Origin: Myxococcota bacterium
GTDB lineage: Bacteria > Myxococcota_A > UBA9160 > UBA6930
Assembly (NCBI GenBank): GCA_965223415.1
Contig: OZ245002.1
Span: 1,472,001-1,536,000, forward strand
DNA: 64,000 nt
Reading direction: 5' to 3'
The translations under genes and the position numbers were made by a program. The notes beneath the pieces were generated by a model, which had not been told where the DNA came from, ran no database searches, and worked only from the letters and a program-made list of their open reading frames with translations. Positions 24,098 through 32,467 of this stretch are shown here, in pieces; positions within the stretch are counted from its first letter, which is position 1; each line of letters starts with the position of its first letter.

Positions 24098-25462
24098 CTA
24101 ACTGCGCTCGGACCCCGGCTCGCTCTCTCCGGTTCCCAGCTTGGCGCGCCGCCTGGCGCCCCAGCCCTCGATGTTCCTCTGCCGCCCGGTGGAGACAGCG
24201 ATGGCGTCGGTGGCGACGCCCTTCGTCACCGTGGTGCCGGCGGCCACGAAGGCGTCGTCCTCGAGCGTCACCGGGGCCACCAGATTGACGTTGCAGCCGA
24301 TGCGCACGCGTTCACCCAGCGTCGTGCGGTGCTTCTCGCTCCAGTCGTAGTTGACGGTGATGGAGCCACAGCCGAAGGACGAGTCGCGGCCCACGACCGC
24401 ATCGCCCACGTAGGAGAGGTGGTCGGCCTTCACCCCTTCGCCGAGATCGCTGTTCTTCACCTCGACGTAGTTGCCGAGCCGAACGCCGCGGGCGAGGGTG
24501 GAACCGGGACGCACGTGGGCCGAAGGCCCGAGCACGCACTCGTCGCCGACCCGGCTCGACTCGATCACGCAATGGGGCTTGATGTGGCAGCCCTCGCCGA
24601 TCGTCGTCGGCCCGGTGATCACCACGCCGGGCTCGATGACCGTATCGGCGCCGATCTCCACTCCGGTGTCGACGTAGCTGGCGCCCGGATCGATGAAGGT
24701 GACGCCCGCCGCCATCAAGCGATCGGCGTTGCGACGGCGCTGCACGGCCGAGGCCCGGGCCAGCTCGGCGCGATCGTTCACCCCCATCGCCTCGTCCGCA
24801 TCCTCCAGCCGCAGCGCCTCCACCGTGTGGCCCTCGGCGCGGGCGACGGCGACGATGTCGGTCAGGTAGAACTCGCCCTGCTCGTTGCGATCGTCGAGCT
24901 GGGAGAGGGCCTTGTGGAGGAACCCGGCGTCCACCAGGTAGACGCCGGTGTTGCCCTCCTGGATGGCCCGCTCCTCGCCCACGGCGTCGGTCAGCTCGAC
25001 GATGCGCTCGACCTTCCCCTCGGCGTCGCGAACGATCAGGCCGGGCAGGGGCTCCGGTGAGGTGAGCATGGCCAGCGGCGTTCCGGTCTCGGTCTTGAGC
25101 TCGATCATGCGCGCGACGCTCTCCGCCCGCAACAGCGGCGTATCGCCGTAGAGGATCAGCACGTTGCCGCGGAAGTCGCCCAGGGTGGGCAGCGCGGTCT
25201 GCACGGCGTGGGCGGTGCCGCGCTGCTCCGCCTGGAGGACGAAGCTGGCGCGCCCGTCGAAGGCCTCGCGCACCTTGTCCGCGTCGCGGCCGATCACGAC
25301 CACCAGGTGCTCGGGCGCCAGGGCCTCGGCGACGCCGAGCGGGTAGTCGAGCATGGGGCGCCCGGCCACCTCGTGGAGCACCTTGCTGCGCGAGGACTTC
25401 ATGCGCGTGCCCTGACCGGCGGCCAGGACGAGCACGGCGAGGTTTCCGTCCGATTCGGGCAT
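24098..25462 (-). CDS. glmU: Bifunctional UDP-GlcNAc pyrophosphorylase / glucosamine-1-P acetyltransferase
   Basis: LAAGQGTRMKS, GEFYLTD, GVNDR, hexapeptide repeats, HLSYVGD; directly upstream of glmS. Confidence 0.95.
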   Translation of the reverse strand: MPESDGNLAVLVLAAGQGTRMKSSRSKVLHEVAGRPMLDYPLGVAEALAPEHLVVVIGRDADKVREAFDGRASFVLQAEQRGTAHAVQTALPTLGDFRGNVLILYGDTPLLRAESVARMIELKTETGTPLAMLTSPEPLPGLIVRDAEGKVERIVELTDAVGEERAIQEGNTGVYLVDAGFLHKALSQLDDRNEQGEFYLTDIVAVARAEGHTVEALRLEDADEAMGVNDRAELARASAVQRRRNADRLMAAGVTFIDPGASYVDTGVEIGADTVIEPGVVITGPTTIGEGCHIKPHCVIESSRVGDECVLGPSAHVRPGSTLARGVRLGNYVEVKNSDLGEGVKADHLSYVGDAVVGRDSSFGCGSITVNYDWSEKHRTTLGERVRIGCNVNLVAPVTLEDDAFVAAGTTVTKGVATDAIAVSTGRQRNIEGWGARRRAKLGTGESEPGSERS

Positions 25463-25682
25463 GGGCCCCCTCTGGTGTCGCGGCGCGAGCGGAGGCTCGC
25501 GGCCGGAACGCCCTGCCTTGTTTCGGCGGACGGACACGGAAGGGTAAGCCTCCAGCTTCCGATCGCACCCCGGCGGCCGCAGACCTTTCCCCGCGGGGAC
25601 GGTGTCGCTCGAATGGCGGGCGGGAAACCCCTCTCGTACCTTCCGCGCGACTGCCCCCGCGTACGCCTCCCGAGGAACATCC

Positions 25683-27353
25683 ATCCGCGTCTTCGGCAAC
25701 ACCCACGGCCTGAAGGCCAGCCAGGTGAAGCGGCTCGAGCGTCTGGGACGGCGACGGGTACCCGCCGACCGCCTGGTGAACCACGAGCTGGCCCGCGAGC
25801 TCACCGAAATCTCCCGCGAGATCCGGCGCCAAACCGGTGTGCTCGTCGACCGCCGGGGCGACGTGACTCACGTGATGGTGGGGACGCCGTCCGGCATCGA
25901 GATGCCCGAGTGGGGCCGCATGCGGGCCGGCTCCGGCCGGCTGCGCGGCCTCCGCTGCATCCACACCCACCTCGGAGGCGAGGGGCTCACCCGCGACGAC
26001 CTGACCGACCTGGCGGTGCTGCGCTTCGACGCCATGGTGTCGATCCACGCGGAGGAGGACGGGCTGCCCGGACTCGCCTACACGGCGGCGCTGATGCCGG
26101 CCAACGACGAGGGCGCCGGCATCCAGGAGCTCGACCCGGCGGCACCCGCCCAGCTGGACCTCGACTTCCAGGACTGGATCCGGGCCCTCGAAGAGGAGCT
26201 CGCGCGCACCACGCGCACCCGCGAGGTGGGCGACGGCGAGCGGGCGATCCTGGTGGTGGTGACGGCCGGCCGCTCCCGCGACGATACGGCCTACTCCACC
26301 GACGAGCTCTGCGAGCTCGCGCGCTCGGCCGGCGTCGAGGTCGCCTTCGTGCTCGTGCAGAACCGGCGACGCCCCGATCCGAAGACGGTGATCGGTGCCG
26401 GCAAGCTGCAGGACCTGCTGATCCGCTGCTTCCAGTCCGACGTCGACCTCGTGATCTTCGACGACGACCTCTCGGCGGCCCAGGCCCGCAACCTGGCCGA
26501 GCGGCTCGAGCTGCGCGTCATCGATCGCACCCAGCTGATCCTCGACATCTTCGCCCAGCACGCCACGACGCGGGACGGCAAGCTCCAGGTCGAGCTGGCT
26601 CAGCTCAAGTACGTGCTGCCGCGATTGGCCCAACGGGACACGTCCCTCTCGCGCCTCGGCGGCGGCATCGGCGGGCGCGGGCCCGGCGAGCAGAAGCTCG
26701 AGATCGACCGGCGCCGCGTCCGCGACCGCATCGCGCGCCTGGAGCGCGATCTGAAGGGCCTGCAGCGCCAGCGCGAGCACCGTCGCGCGCGGCGCACCCG
26801 CCGCGGCCTGCCCGTGCTCTCGATCGTCGGCTACACGAACGCGGGCAAGAGCACGCTGCTCCAGGCGCTCACCAAGAAGGAGGTCCACGTCGAGGACAAG
26901 ATGTTCGCGACGCTGGATCCGGCCTCCCGGCGGCTGCGCTTCCCGCGCGACCAGGAGGTGATCATCACCGATACGGTCGGGTTCATCCGCGACCTGCCGC
27001 CGGACCTGGTCGCAGCCTTCAAGGCCACGCTGGAGGAGCTGCGCGAGGCCGACCTCTTCCTGCACGTGGTGGACGCCGCCGACTCGGACGTGGAGCGGCG
27101 CATGACGGCGGTGCACGACGTGCTGGCGGAGATCGGCCTGGACCGGACCCGCGAGCTCCTGGTCTTCAACAAGATCGACCGGCTGCCGCCCGGCGAAGGC
27201 GCGCAGCTCGCCGCCCGCTACGGCGCCGTACCCATCTCCGCCCTGCACCGCACGGGCCTGGCCGAGCTGTTGGAGCGGGCGGAGGAGCGGCTGAGCTGGC
27301 CGGAAGACATGGAACGCGAAGAGCCCGCCGTGGCTCGAGGGGGGGAACGATGA
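25683..27353 (+). CDS. hflX: GTPase HflX, long form; probable ATC start
   Basis: DRTQLILDIFAQHA, GRGPGE, GYTNAGKS, DTVGF, NKID; N-terminal extension VFGNTHGLK; start uncertain (ORF track uses GTG 25602). Confidence 0.93.
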   Translation: MRVFGNTHGLKASQVKRLERLGRRRVPADRLVNHELARELTEISREIRRQTGVLVDRRGDVTHVMVGTPSGIEMPEWGRMRAGSGRLRGLRCIHTHLGGEGLTRDDLTDLAVLRFDAMVSIHAEEDGLPGLAYTAALMPANDEGAGIQELDPAAPAQLDLDFQDWIRALEEELARTTRTREVGDGERAILVVVTAGRSRDDTAYSTDELCELARSAGVEVAFVLVQNRRRPDPKTVIGAGKLQDLLIRCFQSDVDLVIFDDDLSAAQARNLAERLELRVIDRTQLILDIFAQHATTRDGKLQVELAQLKYVLPRLAQRDTSLSRLGGGIGGRGPGEQKLEIDRRRVRDRIARLERDLKGLQRQREHRRARRTRRGLPVLSIVGYTNAGKSTLLQALTKKEVHVEDKMFATLDPASRRLRFPRDQEVIITDTVGFIRDLPPDLVAAFKATLEELREADLFLHVVDAADSDVERRMTAVHDVLAEIGLDRTRELLVFNKIDRLPPGEGAQLAARYGAVPISALHRTGLAELLERAEERLSWPEDMEREEPAVARGGER

Positions 27354-28357
27354 CGGGGATCCGCACGAAGATCACGGGGACGGGGATGTACGTCCCGGAT
27401 CGCGTAGTGACGAACAAGGATCTCGAAGGGCTCATGGACACGACCGACGAGTGGATCCGCCAGCGCTCGGGCATCGTCGAGCGGCGCTACATCGGCGAAG
27501 GCCAGCAGCCTTCGGATCTGGGCGAGGCGGCGGCGCGCCAGGCACTCGAGGCGGCTGGGCTGGAGGCCGACCAGATCGACTGCATCGTGCTGGCGACCCT
27601 GTCCGCCGAGGCGGAGTTCCCGGGCACGTCGTTCTTCCTGCAGGAGAAGCTCGGCGGGACGACCCCGTGCTTCGACCTTCGGGCCCAGTGCAGCGGCTTC
27701 CTCTACAGCCTCTCGGTCGCGCGCAGCTTCGTCGCGTCGGGCCAGTACCGCCGGGTGCTGGTGGTCGGCTGCGAGATCCACTCGACGGGCCTCGATTTCT
27801 CGACCGAGGGCCGCGACACCGCCGTCCTGTTCGGCGACGGCGCCGGCGCGGTGATCGTCGAGGCCAACACGGACGAGGACGACCGATCCGACATCCTGGA
27901 AGTGCGTCTCCAGGCCGAGGGCAAGTACGCGAAGAAGCTCTGGGTCGAATCGCCGGGCTCCGGCACCTACCCGGAGCGCTGGACCCAGGAGGTCTTCGAC
28001 CGCCGCCGCTACTTCCCGCACATGGAAGGCAAGTTCGTCTTCAAGCACGCGGTCACGCGGATGCCCCAGGTGCTGCGCGAGACCCTCGATGCGGCGAGCG
28101 TGAAGATCGAGGACGTCTCGCTCTTCCTGTTTCACCAGGCCAACCTGCGGATCAACGAGTACGTGGCGAACAGCCTCGAGATCCCGGAAGCGAAGCTCCG
28201 CAACAACATCCAGCGCTACGGCAACTGCTCCGCGGCCTCGATCCCGATCCTGCTGGCGGAGGCCGAGCGGGAGGGCGTCCTGAAGCGGGGCGACCTGGTC
28301 TCGATGACCGGCTTCGGCTCCGGCTTCAGCTGGGCCAGCGCCGCCGTCCGGTGGTGA
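27350..28357 (+). CDS. fabH: 3-oxoacyl-ACP synthase III
   Basis: AQCSGF (Cys), LFGDGAGA, HQANLRI, YGNCSAAS, FGSG; ATGA overlap with hflX. Confidence 0.93.
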   Translation: MTGIRTKITGTGMYVPDRVVTNKDLEGLMDTTDEWIRQRSGIVERRYIGEGQQPSDLGEAAARQALEAAGLEADQIDCIVLATLSAEAEFPGTSFFLQEKLGGTTPCFDLRAQCSGFLYSLSVARSFVASGQYRRVLVVGCEIHSTGLDFSTEGRDTAVLFGDGAGAVIVEANTDEDDRSDILEVRLQAEGKYAKKLWVESPGSGTYPERWTQEVFDRRRYFPHMEGKFVFKHAVTRMPQVLRETLDAASVKIEDVSLFLFHQANLRINEYVANSLEIPEAKLRNNIQRYGNCSAASIPILLAEAEREGVLKRGDLVSMTGFGSGFSWASAAVRW

Positions 28358-28435
28358 TGCACTGCGTCGGGGTGCTGCGACGCGTCAATCGTAACTAGTT
28401 GAATTTCAATAGATTTACCGATTTCATCGAATCGC

Positions 28436-28464
28436 TTGACGCATTGACGCGCCGTGTCTAGATT
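28436..28464 (+). promoter_or_regulatory. sigma70 promoter of the phasin-like gene
   Basis: TTGACG, 17 nt, TAGATT, preceded by an AT-rich UP-like tract. Confidence 0.75.
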
Positions 28465-28520
28465 CCTCCTCATCCAAGGCATCCATCGCCCGGAACGAGA
28501 CCGGGCCCGGAGGAGACGAC

Positions 28521-28970
28521 ATGGCCACCAAGCGAGCACGATCCAAGAGCAGCAACCTGTTCGAAGAGGGCGTGGAGCGCGTCGAGGACGCCTTCCAGCA
28601 GATCGGGGACGACTTCGAGGACCTCCAGAAGCGCGCCGAGAAGCGCCGCAAGACGTTCGAGCGCGACACCCAGCGCCGGATCAAGAAGTTCCGCACCGAG
28701 CTGAGGAAGAACGAGTGGGTGAAGGCGGCGGAGAAGCGGCGCAAGGCGCTCGAGAAGCGGGCGGAGCGCTTCCGCAAGGACGTCGAGAATAGCCGCCCCT
28801 TCAAGAAGGCCGAGGAGATCCGCAAGGACGCCGAGCAGGTGACTCGTGAGCGGGTCGACGCGGTGCTCGAGAGCATGCGCATCGCCAGCCAGGGCGAGAT
28901 CAGCAAGCTCGAGCGCAAGGTGAACGCCCTGCAGCGCAAGGTGCGGGAGCTGGAGCGCGGCGCCGCCTAG
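28521..28970 (+). CDS. Phasin-like granule-associated protein
   Basis: GGAGGAG SD; charged helical protein ending RIASQGEISKLERKVNALQRKVREL, as in PhaI/PhaF-type phasins. Confidence 0.7.
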   Translation: MATKRARSKSSNLFEEGVERVEDAFQQIGDDFEDLQKRAEKRRKTFERDTQRRIKKFRTELRKNEWVKAAEKRRKALEKRAERFRKDVENSRPFKKAEEIRKDAEQVTRERVDAVLESMRIASQGEISKLERKVNALQRKVRELERGAA

Positions 28971-28996
28971 GCGCCCTGCAAAGATCGGATTCGGTG

Positions 28997-29027
28997 AGAG
29001 GCCCGGCGGCGCGTCCGTCGGGCCTCT
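28997..29027. terminator. Hairpin terminator between convergent genes
   Basis: AGAGGCCCGGCGG / CCGTCGGGCCTCT stem. Confidence 0.7.
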
Positions 29028-29028
29028 T

Positions 29029-29096
29029 CGCGTGGAGCATCAGGCGAAGAACCGCTCGACCGCGTGGAGCATCAACCGAAGAACCGCTCGACCGCG
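29029..29096. repeat. 32-bp tandem duplication covering the 3' end of the DegT-family gene
   Basis: CGCGTGGAGCATCA(GG/AC)CGAAGAACCGCTCGAC at 29029-29060 and 29061-29092. Confidence 0.9.
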
Positions 29097-30268
29097 GCGG
29101 CGATGAACGCGATCCCCTCGTCGTCGATCGCGTGGTTCATCGGCAGGATGAGGCCCTGCTCCATCACGCGATCCGCGTTCCCGAGGCCTCCCGGCGCGAT
29201 GCGGCGCGGCCTGTCCCGAAAGGCCGGCTGTCTCGCGACGTTGCCGGTCCACACCATGCGGGTGTCGACGCCGCCCCTCTCCATGTGCTGCTGGAACGCG
29301 GCGCGGGAAACGCCGGAGGCCGGGTCGATCAGCAGCGGGAACATGTGCCAGGCGGTGTCGACCGCGGGGTGGAGCCGCGGCAGCACGAAGACCTCCGGGC
29401 GGCGGGCGAGCGCCTCGTGCAGCAGGTCGAAGTTGCGACGCCTCCGCGCGAGGTTCCCGGGCAGCTTCTTCATCTGCACGCAGCCGAAGGCCGCTCCGAG
29501 CTCGCTCGGCTCGAAGTTCCAGCCGATCTCGTCGAAGATGAAGAGATCGTCGTAGACGAGCCCGTCGACCTCGCTGAAGAAGCTCCGCTCTCCTCTGCGA
29601 GAGCCGAAGAAGGCCGTCTCCGAGCGCCGGCCCCAGCGACGCAGCACGAGGGCCCGGTCGATCAGCTCCGGATCGTCCAGGCACACCATCCCGCCGGTGC
29701 CGGCGGCCGTGATGATGTGGGCCAAGGCGAAGCTCGTCACCGAGATGTCCGAGCGCGTGCCGGTCGGCGTGCCGCGCAGGGTGGCGCCGAGGCAATCGCA
29801 GGAGTCCTCGACGACGTGCAGGCCGTGGCGATCGGCGACGGCGCGGATCGCATCCCAGTCCGGGCAGCCGCCGATCAGGTTGGGCGTGAGGATCGCCCTC
29901 GTGCGCGGGCCGATGGCGGACTCGATCTGGTCCACGTCGATCTGGAAGCTGTCCGGGGTGCAGTCGACGAGAACGGGAACCAGACCGGCGCGGACCATCG
30001 GCGCGACATCGGTGGAGAAGGTGAGCGCGCAGGTGACGATCTCGTCGCCGGGCTCGAGGCCGAGCAGCTCCACCGCCAGGTAGAGGGCGGAGGAGCCGGA
30101 GTTGACCATCACGCCGCGGCGCTTGCCGAAGGTCTCGGCGACGAGGCGCTCCATCTCCTTCACGTGCCGGCCGATGCGGAGCGCCCGCGGGCCGCCCCGC
30201 AGCACCTCGACCACGGCGGCGATCTCCTCTTCGCCGTGGACGCTTCCCGCGTACTCGATCCGATCCAT
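29072..30268 (-). CDS. DegT/DnrJ family PLP enzyme, RfbH/ColD-like (His at the Schiff-base position)
   Basis: VNSGSSA, VEDSCDCLG, SFALAHIITAAGTGG, GWNFEPSE. Confidence 0.88.
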   Translation of the reverse strand: MDRIEYAGSVHGEEEIAAVVEVLRGGPRALRIGRHVKEMERLVAETFGKRRGVMVNSGSSALYLAVELLGLEPGDEIVTCALTFSTDVAPMVRAGLVPVLVDCTPDSFQIDVDQIESAIGPRTRAILTPNLIGGCPDWDAIRAVADRHGLHVVEDSCDCLGATLRGTPTGTRSDISVTSFALAHIITAAGTGGMVCLDDPELIDRALVLRRWGRRSETAFFGSRRGERSFFSEVDGLVYDDLFIFDEIGWNFEPSELGAAFGCVQMKKLPGNLARRRRNFDLLHEALARRPEVFVLPRLHPAVDTAWHMFPLLIDPASGVSRAAFQQHMERGGVDTRMVWTGNVARQPAFRDRPRRIAPGGLGNADRVMEQGLILPMNHAIDDEGIAFIAAAVERFFG

Positions 30269-30340
30269 GGCCGGCGAGGATCGGCCAACGACGGCCGCCG
30301 GCGCTACCCTCGGCGCCCCCTCCCTCCCCGGAGACCATCC

Positions 30341-31501
30341 ATGTTCGAAGGCGTCGACTTCCTCCTTCTCGACGAAGAGCTCTCCGAAGAGGAGCGACTC
30401 GCGCGGGACACCGTCCGCGGCTGGGTCACCCAGGAGTTCCTCCCGGTGATCCAGGAGCACGTGCGCCGGGACGGCTCCTTCCCGATGGAGCTGGTGCCAG
30501 CGATCGCCGAGCTGGGGCTCTTCGGCGCGAACCTCCAGGGCCACGGCTGCGCCGGCATGAACAACGTGGCCTACGGGCTGGTCATGCAGGAGCTCGAGCG
30601 CGGCGATTCGGGGCTGCGCTCCTTCGCTTCCGTGCAGGGCTCGCTCTGCATGTACCCGATCCACGCCTACGGCTCCGACGAGCAGAAGGAGCGCTACCTG
30701 CCGGCGATGGCGGCCGGCGAGAAGATCGGCTGCTTCGGCCTGACCGAGCCGGACTTCGGCAGCTTCGCCCAGGGCATGCGCACCAAGGCCGAGTGCAAGG
30801 GCGACACCTGGATCCTGAACGGGACCAAGCGCTGGATCACGAACGGCAGCGTCTCCCACGTCGCCATCGTCTGGGCTCAGACCGAAGACGGGGTGCGGGG
30901 CTTCCTGATCGATCGCGACACCCCTGGCTTCGAGGCCCGGGACATCAAGGGCAAGTTCTCCCTGCGCGGCTCCGTCACCTCAGAGCTCTTCCTGCAGGAC
31001 GTGGAGCTGCCGGAGGACCAGCGCCTCCCGAAGGCCGAGGGCATGAAGGGGCCGCTCTCGTGCCTCACCCAGGCGCGCTACGGCATCGCCTGGGGCGCGC
31101 TCGGCGCGGCGATGGCGTGCTTCGACGAGGTCGTCGAGTACAGCAGGGAGCGCATCGTGCAGGGCGGTCCGCTCGCCGCCAAGCAGCTCACCCAGGCGAA
31201 GCTCGCCGACATGTTCACCGAGATCACCAAGGCCCAGCTCCTCGCGTTTCGCCTCGGCCGCCTGAAGGACCGGGGCAAGCTCCACCACGCGATGGTCTCG
31301 ATGGCCAAGCGCAACAACGTCGACATCGCGCTCCAGGTGGCGCGTGTGGCCCGCGACCTGCTCGGCGCCAACGGCATCGTCGACGACTACCAGGCGATGC
31401 GCCACATGGTGAACCTCGAGACCGTCCGCACCTACGAGGGCACCCACGACATTCACACCCTCATCCTCGGCGAGCACATCACCGGCCTGCGGGCGCTGTA
31501 G
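30341..31501 (+). CDS. gcdH: Acyl-CoA dehydrogenase, glutaryl-CoA dehydrogenase-like
   Basis: ELERGDSGLRS, GCFGLTEPDFGS, TYEGTHDIHTLILG. Confidence 0.88.
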   Translation: MFEGVDFLLLDEELSEEERLARDTVRGWVTQEFLPVIQEHVRRDGSFPMELVPAIAELGLFGANLQGHGCAGMNNVAYGLVMQELERGDSGLRSFASVQGSLCMYPIHAYGSDEQKERYLPAMAAGEKIGCFGLTEPDFGSFAQGMRTKAECKGDTWILNGTKRWITNGSVSHVAIVWAQTEDGVRGFLIDRDTPGFEARDIKGKFSLRGSVTSELFLQDVELPEDQRLPKAEGMKGPLSCLTQARYGIAWGALGAAMACFDEVVEYSRERIVQGGPLAAKQLTQAKLADMFTEITKAQLLAFRLGRLKDRGKLHHAMVSMAKRNNVDIALQVARVARDLLGANGIVDDYQAMRHMVNLETVRTYEGTHDIHTLILGEHITGLRAL

Positions 31502-31513
31502 GGGCCACGCCTC

Positions 31514-32347
31514 CTAGAGAGGCGGTCGCGCTCCGGCTTCCCGGAGCTCGGATGGCCCGCACGACCCGCGGGCGAGCGGGCCGGCGTCGCGCCGGTCGCG
31601 CTCGGCCCACGCCGCGTCGAAGCGCCCCTGCCACTCGCGCTGGTTGTGCAGGGCGTCACGGATGAAGGGGCTGAGCTTGATCGCCCGCAGGAAGCTCCGC
31701 CCCACGAACGAGCCCAGGAGCCGCGTCGGGCGCCGGAAGTGGACGAGCAGGACGACCCGGGCCTCTTCGGTCCGGTTGAAGGCGGAGTGGTGGCGGGTGT
31801 CGTCGAAGATCAGCGTGCGGCCGGCTTCCCACTGCGCCTCGCGTCCCTCCACGGTGAGACCGCACTCGCCCTCGGGAACGTGCAGGCCGAGGTGACAGGT
31901 GAGCAGCGCCTTCGTCGGACCGCGATGGGGCGAGAGCCGGCTGCCGGGGAGGAGGATGGAGAAGAAGGCGCTCTCCAAGGCCGGGATCGCGTCGACCAGA
32001 CGCGCCGTCTCGGGGCAACGGGCGCAGCTCGCGTCGAACCGGTGGCCGTAGCCCCAGAGAAAGAAGGTGCGCCAGAGGCGATCGCCCCGGGCGAGCCGTG
32101 CGTGGTCCGGCGAGATCTCCTGGATCGCCGGCAGCAGGTCGCCGCGCGCGAGCAGCGCGTCGGCTTCGCCGCGAACGGTCTCCCAGTGCTTCTCCAGCTC
32201 GCTCGTGAACGGAAAGGTCCGTGGGTCGAAGAGCGGCGGGTCGCCCACGGCCGACCACCGACCGATCCATCGGTTCGTCACGGAGCGCAGGTCCTTGCCC
32301 ATGCGCAGGATCAGCCGGCGACGTCGTGCACGGTCCCATCCCGACAT
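31514..32347 (-). CDS. Aspartyl/asparaginyl beta-hydroxylase family (LpxO-like) Fe/2OG dioxygenase
   Basis: CPET, AFFSILLPG, PHRGP, CHLGL, IFDDTRHH, RVVL. Confidence 0.87.
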   Translation of the reverse strand: MSGWDRARRRRLILRMGKDLRSVTNRWIGRWSAVGDPPLFDPRTFPFTSELEKHWETVRGEADALLARGDLLPAIQEISPDHARLARGDRLWRTFFLWGYGHRFDASCARCPETARLVDAIPALESAFFSILLPGSRLSPHRGPTKALLTCHLGLHVPEGECGLTVEGREAQWEAGRTLIFDDTRHHSAFNRTEEARVVLLVHFRRPTRLLGSFVGRSFLRAIKLSPFIRDALHNQREWQGRFDAAWAERDRRDAGPLARGSCGPSELREAGARPPL

Positions 32348-32467
32348 GGTGCTAGGTTGGGTCCGATCCGTACTCGGTGCAACCTCCACCTGCAGCCGGT
32401 TTGAATCCCCAGGTGGCCCTGGGTATAACTCGGGGTTCCCGATCCCTCGCGGAGGTGCCCTCGGGCC

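Noticed and set aside
29029..29096. CRISPR array from the 32-bp repeats (also 46986-47042)
   Set aside because: Two copies only, no proper spacers, overlap gene ends, no cas genes
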